From: Neophaeotheca triangularis
Taxonomy: Eukaryota
NCBI GenBank assembly: GCA_054600435.1
Contig: BAAIJX010000008.1
Location: 186,001 to 250,000 of the forward strand
Length of the DNA: 64,000 bases
Direction: 5' to 3'
The notes under the pieces were generated by a model. The model did no database searches. It saw only the letters and a program-made list of their open reading frames with translations, and was not told the DNA's origin. The position numbers and the translations under genes are program-made. Positions 51,082-62,200 of the stretch are shown here, piece after piece; position 1 is the first letter of the stretch; each line of letters begins with the position of its first letter.

Positions 51082-52516
51082 TCATTCGCAACACCCCTTT
51101 CGCATCACTTTCGCAGCGTGGGACTCGTAGCGGGGTTCCCCAGCCACAAGATCATACCCAGGGGCTGTGCCGAGCCTCACCTTGGATTTCTCCGCCTCTT
51201 CCTTCCTCTTCTCCTCTGCTCGCTTCTCTTGCGCGAGCTTGAGCTTCGCTGCGATCAAGTCTCGCTCCTTCTTGCTGCGTCGGCCTGGGCCCTGTAAAGA
51301 TCGTCAGTACACCGTTGAACGTTTGAAACGAGCTGTTTCGCTTACCCTGGGCTTTGCGATGCCGCTTGGCAGTCTCTCCGCGGCACGAATAAACCGTGCA
51401 GGCTTCCTGGCCACCGGGGCGCGAGCGCTCTCGCCGTCGCTGGGCTCTGCAACGGCGGCGGGGGCGATGGGGGCGGGGGGTGTGGGAGCCGTGGCCTGAG
51501 GAGAAGTCTGGAGATTGCTAATGTCAGCTAAGCGCTCTAACATAGGCTCCCAAATCAACGTGATGACGGATATCCAAGCAGACTTACAGGTGGAGGCTCG
51601 TCGGCCTTAGCGCCTGCGGCGCTCTCCTCGCTCTTGAGAGCGGGAGAAGCGGGGGGAGAAAGCTTCGCGGGGAGGGGGTTGGCGAGACCACCCTCCGCCG
51701 TGGTAGGAGCGGAAGAAGGCGCGCTGGCCTCAGAGCCCTCGGCGCTATCTTGGCCTAGGGGGCTGGAGGGGGAGGGGGAGGTGACGGCGGCGGGATGGGG
51801 GCCAACGGTCCCTTCCTCAGGGCCCTCCAGCTGGCCCTGAGGGCTGGCCGCAGCCGACGGTGACGACTGGTAATCATTACTATTAGCAAATCTGCGCTGA
51901 CATCAAGTTTCTGTTGGCCGTTTAGAGGCTTCTGATCAGACTTACAGACGAGCGCGAGCTCGCTTCGGCGCTCAAGGCGCTATTCTGGCCCTGAGGGCAC
52001 AAGGAAGAGGGGGAAGAGGTGCCGTCGGCGGCCTCCGTGGTGAGATCCCCCTCGGGGGCGGAGACGACGGTCTTGGTGGCCTTAACGGCCGGAGAAGGGG
52101 GCTGAAATTTCACACGTTAGCTGAATGCTACGATACCGAGGTTTTTTGGGCGTTTGCAGGTGAAATGGGTAGCGGGGGGGGGGGGGTTACTTACGGCGGA
52201 GGTTGCCTCAGTCGCGCTGACCGAAGCGGCCTCGGCGGAGTCTTGCTCCTTGACCTCGCCGTCGGCGGCGGATGTTGCTGCCTGTGGCAGGCGTGCGGTG
52301 AGCTCACCCCTGGGGGTGGCGGAGGGTGGCTTGGTGGTGGTGGTGCCCGGGGGTGGAGTCTGGGGCACGGTTATCAATTATACGCTCGACCACCCAAAGT
52401 GTTGGCGATGTGGGAGGGCACATCGAGGCCCTACTTACAGATGGCGACGCCTCGATATCGTTCTCCTTGCTTCTCTCGGTGCGCTTCAAGTGGGCAAGGC
52501 TGCCAGGGGCTGGCAT
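51082..52516 (-). CDS. Multi-exon orphan gene encoding an Ala/Pro/Ser-rich protein with a basic C-terminus; 3' end uncertain
   Basis: Exons 52439-52516, 52195-52359, 51946-52101, 51588-51866, 51346-51507 and <=51291, bounded by GTAAG donors and branch/CAG acceptors, all in frame. Confidence 0.7.
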
Positions 52517-52923
52517 GCTGGGCGATGGCAATTCCAAGGTATGCGGTGGTGGGAGAAGAGCCCACTTAGAAGGATAAGAGTATACGAAACCAGGTATAAT
52601 GTCGCAGGTGAGATTTAGCCGAAGGTACACTTGGGAGAGTAGGGGGTCCAAGCGCAGGTGATGACGGCGGAAGTTCACGTGTCGAGGCCCAAGCTTTTTC
52701 TTGCTCAAGGTCTCCCACTTCCACACCCGTCTTCCTTCTTCCTCTTCCATCTCTGCAACAACACATCCACAACCACAACCACAAAACAACACGTCAAGGA
52801 AGACTTGTACTCATGCCATTGGCCCAGAGTACCATGGCACCGTTGGCCAAGAGCTTCCATCAGGTATTTCATCTTCACCTCACTTGCGTGCAAAATCGTT
52901 TTCCGCTAACAACATCTGCCAGA

Positions 52924-53299
52924 TTCACGTCGCAGCCACAGCAGAGAGCATACCATAGCAGAGGAGCATCCGATTGGCCGCATTGAGCAACAATACACAC
53001 CTTGGTCATGTCAAGGGTGCACGAGGCGAAGTTTCAAACTTGCTGCCAAGGCACAGTGGGCTAGCTCTTTGCGTTGCTGGTGCAGCGTATTATTTCCTTG
53101 CGAGGCTTACTGCTCTGCCAGCGGCAGTCCCGAGCGGTTCCCTCCGTGAAAGAAACGTTGTGTGGTTCAAATCCACCTTCTTACGGTTGCTTGGGCAGTA
53201 CTTGCTCGACCAGTGAGCTTCCCTTGGACTGTTCGAAGATTCGGCGCGGGTTGTCGAGCGTGCCTCTGCTTGGGGCTTTCAAAAGCTTCGACGCGTGAA
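52924..53299 (+). ncRNA. Structured repeat unit 1 (long closing stem plus T-loop hairpin)
   Basis: TTCACG/CGTGAA, GAGAGC/GCTTTC and AGCAGAGG(52957-64)/CCTCTGCT(53263-70); GTGG-TTCAAAT-CCAC at 53162-76. Confidence 0.6.
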
Positions 53300-53358
53300 A
53301 GGTATGTCTCAAACGACACTGTCAGGGGTCTTACAAGGCTATGTCTACCCCCGACAAA

Positions 53359-53642
53359 CTGCAAGCAGCTACGGCAGAGAGCGTATACAGCAGTTGTCTC
53401 GCAGGGCCGCGCCTGGCGAATAGCACCCTCAAATACACAGATAGGCCGAGGGCACGTGGCTAGTCAGGAGGCGTTGCTGGTGCGGTTAAACCCAACCACC
53501 GGGCCATCAGTCTGACTGATCGCAGCCTGGGGGTAGAAATGCCGCTGGGTTCAAACCCCAACACCCGTTCTACACTTCGGTCGAAGCGGGGACATCGGCG
53601 TCCTGCCAGCACTGCTGTTGCGCTTTCAGAGGCTGCTTGCAG
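53359..53642 (+). ncRNA. Structured repeat unit 2
   Basis: CTGCAAGCAGCT/GGCTGCTTGCAG, GAGAGCG/CGCTTTC, CAGCAGT/ACTGCTG and GCAGGG/TCCTGC; TGGG-TTCAAAC-CCCA at 53546-60. Confidence 0.7.
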
Positions 53643-53668
53643 CCCTTTCCTAAATCTAATCTTCAATA

Positions 53669-53934
53669 CAGGCAGCTACGGCAGAGAGCGCATCAGCATT
53701 GACTCCCAGGGCCACGCCTGGAGAATACCATCCCTCGTTTCATAGATGGCAATGGGATTCCAGGGCTATCCAGGTCGTGTTCCCGGCACGGTGGATGGAA
53801 TGACCAAAGGCTATGCCAAATCTCGATCAAACACCGTAGGGTTCGAATCCCTCGAACTCTTATACACTTCGGTCGAATGATGGAGACCGGCGTCCTGGTC
53901 GAGCTCTGCTTTTTGCGCTTTCATTGGCTGCTTG
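53669..53934 (+). ncRNA. Structured repeat unit 3
   Basis: CAGGCAGCT/GGCTGCTTG, GAGAGCGCA/TGCGCTTTC and CCAGGG/TCCTGG; AGGG-TTCGAAT-CCCT at 53838-52. Confidence 0.65.
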
Positions 53935-53968
53935 CAGGTCTTTTTCAAGATCGAGTATTCGATACAGA

Positions 53969-54268
53969 CTTGCAGCATAGTCACGACAGACGACACATCA
54001 CGGAGGTGCAGCTTCAGGGCCGCGCCTGGCGAATAGCACCCTCAAATACACAGATGGGCCGAGGGCACGTGGCTAGTCAGGAGGCGTTGCTGGTGCGGTA
54101 CGGACCTAACCACCGGGCCATCAGTCTCAGAGTCTGACTGATCGCAGCCTGGGGGTAGAAATGCCGCTGGGTTCAAACCCCAACACCCGTTCTACACTTC
54201 GGTCGAAGCGGGGAAATCGGCGTCCTGACCTGCCCTCCGCTGATGTGTTGTCCTTCCTTGCTTGCAAG
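53969..54268 (+). ncRNA. Structured repeat unit 4; interior nearly identical to unit 2
   Basis: GACGACACATCA(53989-54000)/TGATGTGTTGTC(54241-52), CGGAGG/CCTCCG and TCAGGG/TCCTGA; T-loop hairpin at 54168-82. Confidence 0.7.
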
Positions 54269-54556
54269 CCGTATCACCACCAGGGTGCCGCAGCCTGGTG
54301 GTTGGGATGTCTATGCTGGGGAAATGATTAGTTGGAATAGAACCTGCTGTCACTTGAGACCTTTGCAACTGTATAGTCAGGGGTCTCTTGCTGGCAGTGA
54401 GGGACACCATATGAATCCTCAAAAAGCATACGACATTCTCAACGGGTGGCGGAGGAGGGTCTTGGTCCAAGGTGGGACCAACTTCAGATGGTAAGTGACA
54501 CCCGCGCCTGGTGCATAGGACGATAATTTACATGAGCGTTCCGCAGGTACTACTCG

Positions 54557-55405
54557 CTACCGAACATCGATCTTAGTGCCCATCCAGCTCGCCCCCGCCG
54601 CCTCCTTCAACCAGTTCACCTCGACGGGCTCAACATGCGCTCGAACATACTCAAGCAGATCCTGGACGCCGTTGTCCTCCCAATCCTCCCCATCGCCGAC
54701 CAACAGCGCAAACAAGCTCACTCGCGACGATCCACCGAGCGCCCCCGCCACCCGCTCCTCTGCAGCAGGGTCAAGCAAGCACAGTCTAGTAGCGGGAAGA
54801 TCTGGATGAGCAACGGAGGCTGTGGAACACATGGCGGGAAGATGTGAATACAAGAGATCGTCAAGAGGTCGAAGCAGAAACACCACGGCTATGTGCTCTG
54901 AAGCAGGAGGTTTCGAGGGATTGGCAAAAGAGTCGGACAAGAAACTCTCGGGTCTGGAAGCTGAGGAGAGAGCTTCAAGATGGCGGGTTACGCTGTTGAA
55001 GCCAACGAGGAGGCGTTTCTGAATTGGGGGCGTTGGTGGCGTAGAGTTGGGAGATAGTGCCGTATTCGTTTGGTCATCGTGCAGACCAACAGCTCTCTTC
55101 CGTTTCGTGCCCTTCTTTCCCTTGGATGCAAAGGCTTGCTGCCGATGAGCGCCAACTGGTTCCAGCACACTTGGCGACATTAGCAAAGACTGTGCACGTT
55201 ATGTTTGTGGCCATAGTCTGTCATCCTACCCAACTAGCTTTTCTACGAGTATATCATGTTGAGGCTGACCGAGGACTTTGCTGTGCGGTATCAGCGCGCT
55301 GGAAAGTCTCATATGTATTGATGCCTAGGCGCACGAGTCGGTCTTTGAATAGGGCGTATCGGTTCTAACGACAGGCCTTGGCGTTTTCTTCTTTGCTGTG
55401 GCCAT
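54557..55405 (-). CDS. POP3: RNase P/MRP subunit Pop3 (L7Ae-like), two 5' introns
   Basis: Spliced N-terminus MATAKKKTPRPVVRTDTPY; VLEPVGAHR, LLVGFNSVTRHLE, LYSHLP and VRAHVEPVEVNWL motifs. Confidence 0.82.
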
Positions 55406-55550
55406 GTTGTATGAAAGTGGCTGTAGAGGGATATCTGATTCCCTTTTAAAGCCACATCGAAGATAGCGTCAAAGACGCGTCGGCTCTTGTAGACGTTGCA
55501 CACGGCAGGCAGAGTTTGAATTCTTTGCAGTACCTTGGTGAAGTGAAGCA

Positions 55551-55585
55551 TGAGGTGAGGTGAGGTGAGGTGAGGTGAGGTGAGG
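55551..55585. repeat. (TGAGG)n pentanucleotide repeat
   Basis: 7 tandem copies. Confidence 0.9.
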
Positions 55586-56254
55586 TTATGTGAGGTTGAC
55601 GATGCAGTGCCAAGGCTTCCTTATCGATTAGCAAAAGAACTGTACTTACGGTACTAGTAGTTAAGGTACGTTATTAGTATCCACTAGCTCGGCCAGCGAA
55701 CCTAAATCATCGACACGTCAAATTATATCACCGAAAGAAAGACGCGTTTAGCTAAGCCTTGTCCTCACGCGCAAAAGCACAAAGCAGCAGCACCTCATCT
55801 TTCTCGGGAGTCTGGCGTTTTCATCTGAAGTCCCGTCCGTCCGTCCCTCCCTGTTCGTCGCGTCGCGCTTACTCATCAGCGCTCGGCTGGTGCCTTGGAC
55901 AAGGATTGGAAGACCTGAGGCAACCAAGCAACCAACCCGGATGCTGCATGCACTTTCAGAGTTCCAACCTGCCCTGCCCTGCCTCAAGCTCCCGTCACAG
56001 GAAACAATCTTAACGCCATGACAGCAACACTACTACTACCTTGACCAAAGTCACCACCTGCGGTCAAACTTGCAAGACTCTTGCTACTTCTCATACCACC
56101 TCAGTAACTAACTCTTCACTCTCTGGAGCTCTTGCGCTTTCTTTCACCTTCCATACCACCTGCCAACGCACCCAGATCATGAAGCCTCGATCTTGATTGC
56201 CACTACTACTACTACTACTACCCTTACTACTACTACTGGTAACCGCAACGCAAA

Positions 56255-59200
56255 ATGGCGCCTGCTAGTCCGTTTGCGAAGCAGCTGGACCCCGGCCCTC
56301 GCTCCTTGCCAACACGCGATCATGCAGACCCCGACGCTGACACCTCTCCTGCGCGCAAGAAAATGCGCTTGAGTGAAGAGGCCGACGACAACACCGCCTC
56401 GGACAACACTGCACAAATCAATGACATGTCAAACGTTGCTACGTCAGTATCCCCTTCACCCTTCTTTGCGCTTGGCCTGCCAGAACCTTTTCTTACTGCC
56501 ACTTCACTTTACGACCCATGGCAGTGTTTAAAATCTTCAAACCCTCTCTCTAACTACGAGTTGGCAAACAGTGGCTCATCTCCGGAAAGCGCCATCACAA
56601 TCGCCATGGACAACCCATACAGCGGCTCATTCCGAGAAAGCGCCCTTCTTCCGCCTCTTGACGAATACCGTCAAGTATTTCTCGCCCGAGACCCCCTACA
56701 CCCCCAAATCTTCGACCTTTTCCTCGAATGGCTCGAAACTCACCTCAGCGAATCCAGCAGTGACAACTCGGTCCAACGACTTGCGCGATACAGCGCCGAC
56801 GTCCCTTTCTTCAACACACTCGGAGACACACTCAAAGCTTTGCTGAATCGCAATACGCTGTTTGACCTGCGCCCGGATCAGCAGCGGTCAGTACGGCTGA
56901 GGATGTTCGAAATTTACGAGCACGTGGCAAAGCTTTGCCTTCAACTTCTGCCGTTGCTACCTGGCAGCCTTGAAGGTGCTCTGTCCCGCCGCGATTCCGC
57001 ACAGCCGTCCCCCAAAGCTCCACAAGACGTTCCACTCTTCGGGTACATCGATCTCCTAGCGAACCTGTTCCGTCCCAGTCTGCGAACTACAAAATGCCTC
57101 TTGCGGGACTATGACCTGAACTTCGACGTCCTTGAATCCAAGATGAGAAAGGAAATGGTTCACAATCAAGATTTGTTCCAGACATTGACCAAAATCGTGG
57201 CCATCATCTCCGCGAAGCCATCGATAATAAAAGGTGCATGGACCGCCTTAACGTCTGGACTTACAATCCTCTTCCGATACCCATCATGGCTTGCTACGGA
57301 TGGGAACAACGAAATCGCCACGGACGAGGTCGAGGAGCTCATTCAACTTAGCCTCTCGCAAGTCCTCCCTGCCGTCTGCCGCGAGAAACCTAGCTCGTTT
57401 TCCAACGAACTGCTACTTCTCTGTGCGGATGGGCTTTCGGTATTTTTCGCCGATCATTGCGATGGGGTTGATTTGGACACAGCATTGGCGCTCTACTCCT
57501 GCTACGCGCGCGCTTCTGGAGACCACGTCCTGTTGGGAGAGAAGGCAGGCGAAGGCACCGAAAATGCACTTCGCGAGCTGTGCGGCGATGACGCCCAGGT
57601 GGTGCTCCACATGCTTCGAGTTGCTTGGACGATGCAAGCCTGCAAAAGCTATCTGCAAAGTGATTTCATGGTGACAAGGACTTTTGGCATGAAAAGAATG
57701 AGCGAAGAGCTGGTGGCTGTATTCCACGAGTGCGCAGGTAAGCCTGCCGGAACCGGATTACACCCAGTTCTCCATTACCTGGTCCAGTTTCTTCGTTGCA
57801 ACGACCTCATCGGCTACATCTTCAGCGCCAAGTCGCACGCCAACCTGGTCAGCCTTAGCGTCGACACAGTAGGATTCCTCGCCGCAACGTCGCACTATTC
57901 GAACCAAGATACCGACGCCATATGGCAAGCTTGCACTACTAGTGTCGAAGCGGAATTTGTCCAGGCCTCGATCAAAGTTCTTATGGCCACATCCCGCTAC
58001 CTCGATGTAGAGCAGGCCTTACACCTTGCGGCCAAATACATCGGCATACCCCTCCACAGTCTTGACAAAACTCTCGTGGCGTTATTGCCCAACCTCTACC
58101 AATCCATATGGAATGGCTCGGAGCGTTCGGGTGGCGCCATCGCCGAACGAAGTGTACTGGTTCCGACTGAGATTGCGAGAGCAGTTGGAGCGCGCAACAC
58201 GTTCGAAGAGAGCTCCAGTGCGAATGTGATTCTTGATTCTTCTCTGCAATACCTGTCACGATACACAGCTTCAAGGTACACCCAAGACGACCGCAAAGTC
58301 ATCTACGAGAGATGTGCTGCGGACATCATCGGCAAGACGAGAGAAGCGTCGAACAGCGTCCGAATCGTGGCGAAGCTATTCGCTCAGTGCCAGGATCCCG
58401 TTGTGTTGGACCTGCTCCCTCCCCGAAGCGTAGTAGAAGAATTCTGCCACTTTGTCGACGGGTTTCGAAGTCACGAAAGCGTTGTTGTGCAGAATGCATG
58501 TTTGCATCGGCTTCGTCTCATCCTCTACCTCATCAATACCGGCCCGAAAGACGAAGGCAAGGAAGAGAGTTGGTCATTGCTATGGGACTATGCGATTGGG
58601 CCTCAAGCACTCAATGGTGCCTGCCGGGACGCCGCTTGGATTATCCTGCTCGAGGCTTCCGCCAACGATGACCTACTGCGTGCGTGTCTGACGACTTACG
58701 TTCCGACTCTGTCAAGTCAATACGTCACTCCGAGGCTTCTGGATCTGCTTGAAAACAGTCTTAAGAAGCAAATTGTATCGGAATGCACCAACGACTTCGG
58801 CAACACCTTACGACTTCCACAATGGTCACAACTGAGCCGGATCGTCACAGAGGCCCCTATGCAGAACATCAGCGCCAGGGCCGCGCGCATCATGAACAAC
58901 GCAATGTACGAGTTTCCCCTGACTTTGGACAACTTCGAAGCGATCAAAGGTTCCGTGATGGAATGCCAAGTCGCTGCAGTTCGCACGGAAGTGGACAAGC
59001 TCACGGGACTCAAAAGCTTCCCAGAGTTTTTCCGCCACATGACAGCGCTCAAGGGAATGCTATCGTTGAGCATGAGTACACGAAACATGTACGATGAGCA
59101 ATCCGCTACGCCTCACAGTATCATCCTCAATGATTACGACAAGGATTCAGAAGATGCCTTCGAGGTTCAACTCGGCATGCAAGGGCGACGCGAAAACATG

Positions 59201-62200
59201 GTGGTTTTGGCGGGCAGCAGTTCCCGTCTCTGTGACCTCCACGAGGTACTCAGAGCTCGGTTCGGTATTGAATGCAAGGTCTTCGTGGGCGAACAAAACG
59301 TCGATCTTACCTCCGAGAGTCCGTTGGCAGACGCTGGGCTGAGGATGTCAGATGCTCTCACGATCCAACCTGTGCTGGCACTGGATGACGATCCCGATGG
59401 TCTATTCGCCTCAAAGACACCAGTTGAGCGAGAGCTATCCGACCAGTATGACAGACTACAGACGCACCTCGATTCCAGCGACGAAGAAATCGCTAGGGAG
59501 ACGCTTGACTTTCTCGGGAGATTACGACCTTCGCCATCCCCTAGGCATCAAATCCTGGCTACCGACAAGTCTCCTGAAAGCATGGTGCCACGGGATCGGA
59601 CCTACCGGACAGCACATACCTTCGTACTGATGGGCCGGCATCTGGAACTACTCGGCCAATCGGGGGCTTCGGACATGTGCTTCAAAGCCAAGGCGCTTCA
59701 ATTGATACTCTTGTTCCTTTCGGAGCCGGCAGGCTACAGCGAGACTTTGATTGTGCGAGCCATACTTGCGCTCCAAGGATGTCTAGATGCGGAGAGCAAT
59801 GAGCTGGCCATCCTATCGCACGTCGAACAGTCAACGTCCTTCGTACGTTGCCTGATATCCACCTTGCAGACAGCGCTTGATCGACCCGCAAGCAAAGCAA
59901 GGGGCAAGCTTCTATTCGAAGCGTACCATACTCTACTCCTTGCTTGCGAGCTACACGTGGAAGTCTGGAACGCCTTCATCCAACGTACAGATGGCGGTCT
60001 TGTTCAGACGAGGCTTCTGCTTGACCTCGACAAGAAGGCTGCTGAGCTTGCTGGCCTACGGTTAAACGCCTTCTATACGAACCAGGAATCTGACCCTAGC
60101 AATCACCGTAGTGCCGCAGTCTGGCAAATGCTCATTCATCATCTTCCAAAAGCTCTGCGGTGCAGCGATACTGCCGAAGATTACTACAAAATCCTCGGCG
60201 ACCTCGCGAGCAAACAAGAGTTCTTGACTTCCAACGAGGACGAGGTTCGAGATCTGATCGATTCGCTGCGGTCGAAGCTGTTCGGCATGACGCATAGCGA
60301 AACTCCGGAAGCGCCGTTTCCAGACAGCAGAATCCGCGGGCTTATGAATATCTTGCTTCAAGCCGTCGCCATCCTGGAGACATTCGGAACGCCAATAGCC
60401 TTGCAAGAACTCTCACAGGAGCTCTTTGTTCACTTGCTGTGGCCGAAGATCGATGATCAGGCGAATCGACCTTTGATGGCACCCGAATCGCGACAAATGG
60501 CTCTTGAGCTGGTCAAGAAGACCTGTCACGGGCATGAGGCTCACTTGAATTTGGTCGAAGTCTTCCAGTCAGCTATCGACGAGATCTCCAGCAGCGAGCA
60601 GCGACGTTGGCTGGGAAGGCAGGAGTGGATCCGGTCGCCATCCAGTAATTGCGGGCTGTCAAACCTGGGACAGACTTGCTACATGAACTCGCTGTTGCAG
60701 CAGCTCTTCGGCAATGTTGGATTGCGTGAGCTCATCCTGAATACGCAGGTGGACGACAACCCGCAGCATGCCGTTCTGCGGGCGACCCAGGAGCTCTTTG
60801 CCGAGATGCAGGATTCGATCGTTCCGTGGTCTAACACAGAACCCCTCGCAAGACTTCTGAGCATCCAGTGGGACACGCAAGAAGACGTCCACACTTTCCA
60901 CTCGCTATTCATGACGCAATTGGAAGACAGCATGCCGGATGCGGATACCAAGTCTAAGTTCAGGGGTTTCTTCAACGGCAAAGCTTTATCGCAAATCCGA
61001 GGAGCTTGCGGTCATGTCTCTGAAACCGCCGAAGCTTTCGGAGATCTCTCAGTCGTCGTCAAGAACAAGGCCAATCTCCACGACTCAGTGGACGAGTTCA
61101 TGCAGGGCGAGCCAATGGCTGGCGACAACCAGTACAAGTGCTACACATGCGATGAAGCCAATGGGACTTTCGTCGATGCAATGAAACGCAATTGCCTCGC
61201 CGAAATACCAGACAACCTCGCTGTCTGTCTCAAGCGTTTCCAGTTCGACGACTACGGCAATAATACCAAGCTCAACGATCGTTTCGAGTTCCCGGAGGAT
61301 ATCGACATGTCAATTTACAAAAAGTCTCACCTTATGAGCCCGGGACAGCCGCACCCCACAGACTTGTTCCGGCTAGTGGGTGTCATCGTTCATCTCGGGT
61401 CGCTCGACTATGGTCACTACTGGTCGTACGTTCGCCTTCGAGGCACCCCCTCGCACCTCGCAGACCGATGGGTTCGCCTCGAAGACCGTCTTGCGTCGCA
61501 TTCCTCCTTCCAGGAAGTGCAAGCGCAATGCTTTGGCGACGGCACTGGCACAGACAGCGCCTATGTGCTGTTTTACCAGCGCATTTCCTCCATCGAGGAT
61601 GACCGCGAGCTTACGGTTGAGCCATCCACGGGTGGTCTCGCACCTCCTCGTGTCCGAGTCTTGCCCGACATTGCCGAACGAATCGCTTCACACAATCGCT
61701 GGCGGCAACGCATCGCTCAATTCCATGAGCCTGCGACGGTGGAATTCCTACACTTCCTGCTGCAAAGCCTGGACAGCGAGCCAGTCTCGTCGGAAGAGAA
61801 CTCTGCTCTCCAGAGCCAGATTGCGCGTATCACGACGACCTACATCATGCATGTGCAATTTGGCAATTGTCTTTACGCTGACGCAAAGCCAATTTTCGAG
61901 GCGATCACGGCTCGGGCCACCTTGAACCCCCTGTTCGCGCACCACATTATCCAGTCTGTGAAACAAGGGGACATTGATATGTCCCGTATCCTAAACTTCG
62001 ACAACTACGCGGTTCGGGAGCTTGTCTACAGCTTGCTACTCACTTGTTTGGATGCGGTACGTCAGCACTCTCCCAATCTGTACGGTTTCGACAACGTTAG
62101 CGGCGTTTCCCGGCTTCTTGGCGACGGCGACTTCGGCTCCATTGTGAAAGCGCACATCTCGAGCTTCCACGTGCTTAAGCGAATGCCTTTCTGGAAATAC

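Noticed and set aside
53450..53570. Bona fide tRNA gene
   Set aside because: T-arm and A-box-like motifs are present, but there is no pairing acceptor stem or canonical anticodon loop.
53162..54137. Short ORFs repeating QGRAWRIAPSNTQ.GRGHVASQEALLVR
   Set aside because: By-product of the nucleotide duplication. Stops and indels differ between copies, and the variation tracks base-pairing rather than codons.
52924..54513. RNase P/MRP RNA, SRP RNA, 5S rRNA, HDV-like ribozyme or CRISPR array
   Set aside because: Diagnostic motifs (P4 pseudoknot strands, SRP helix 8, 5S consensus) were not found. TGGCGAAT is at the wrong position for an HDV fold. Eukaryotic context with no repeat-spacer periodicity.
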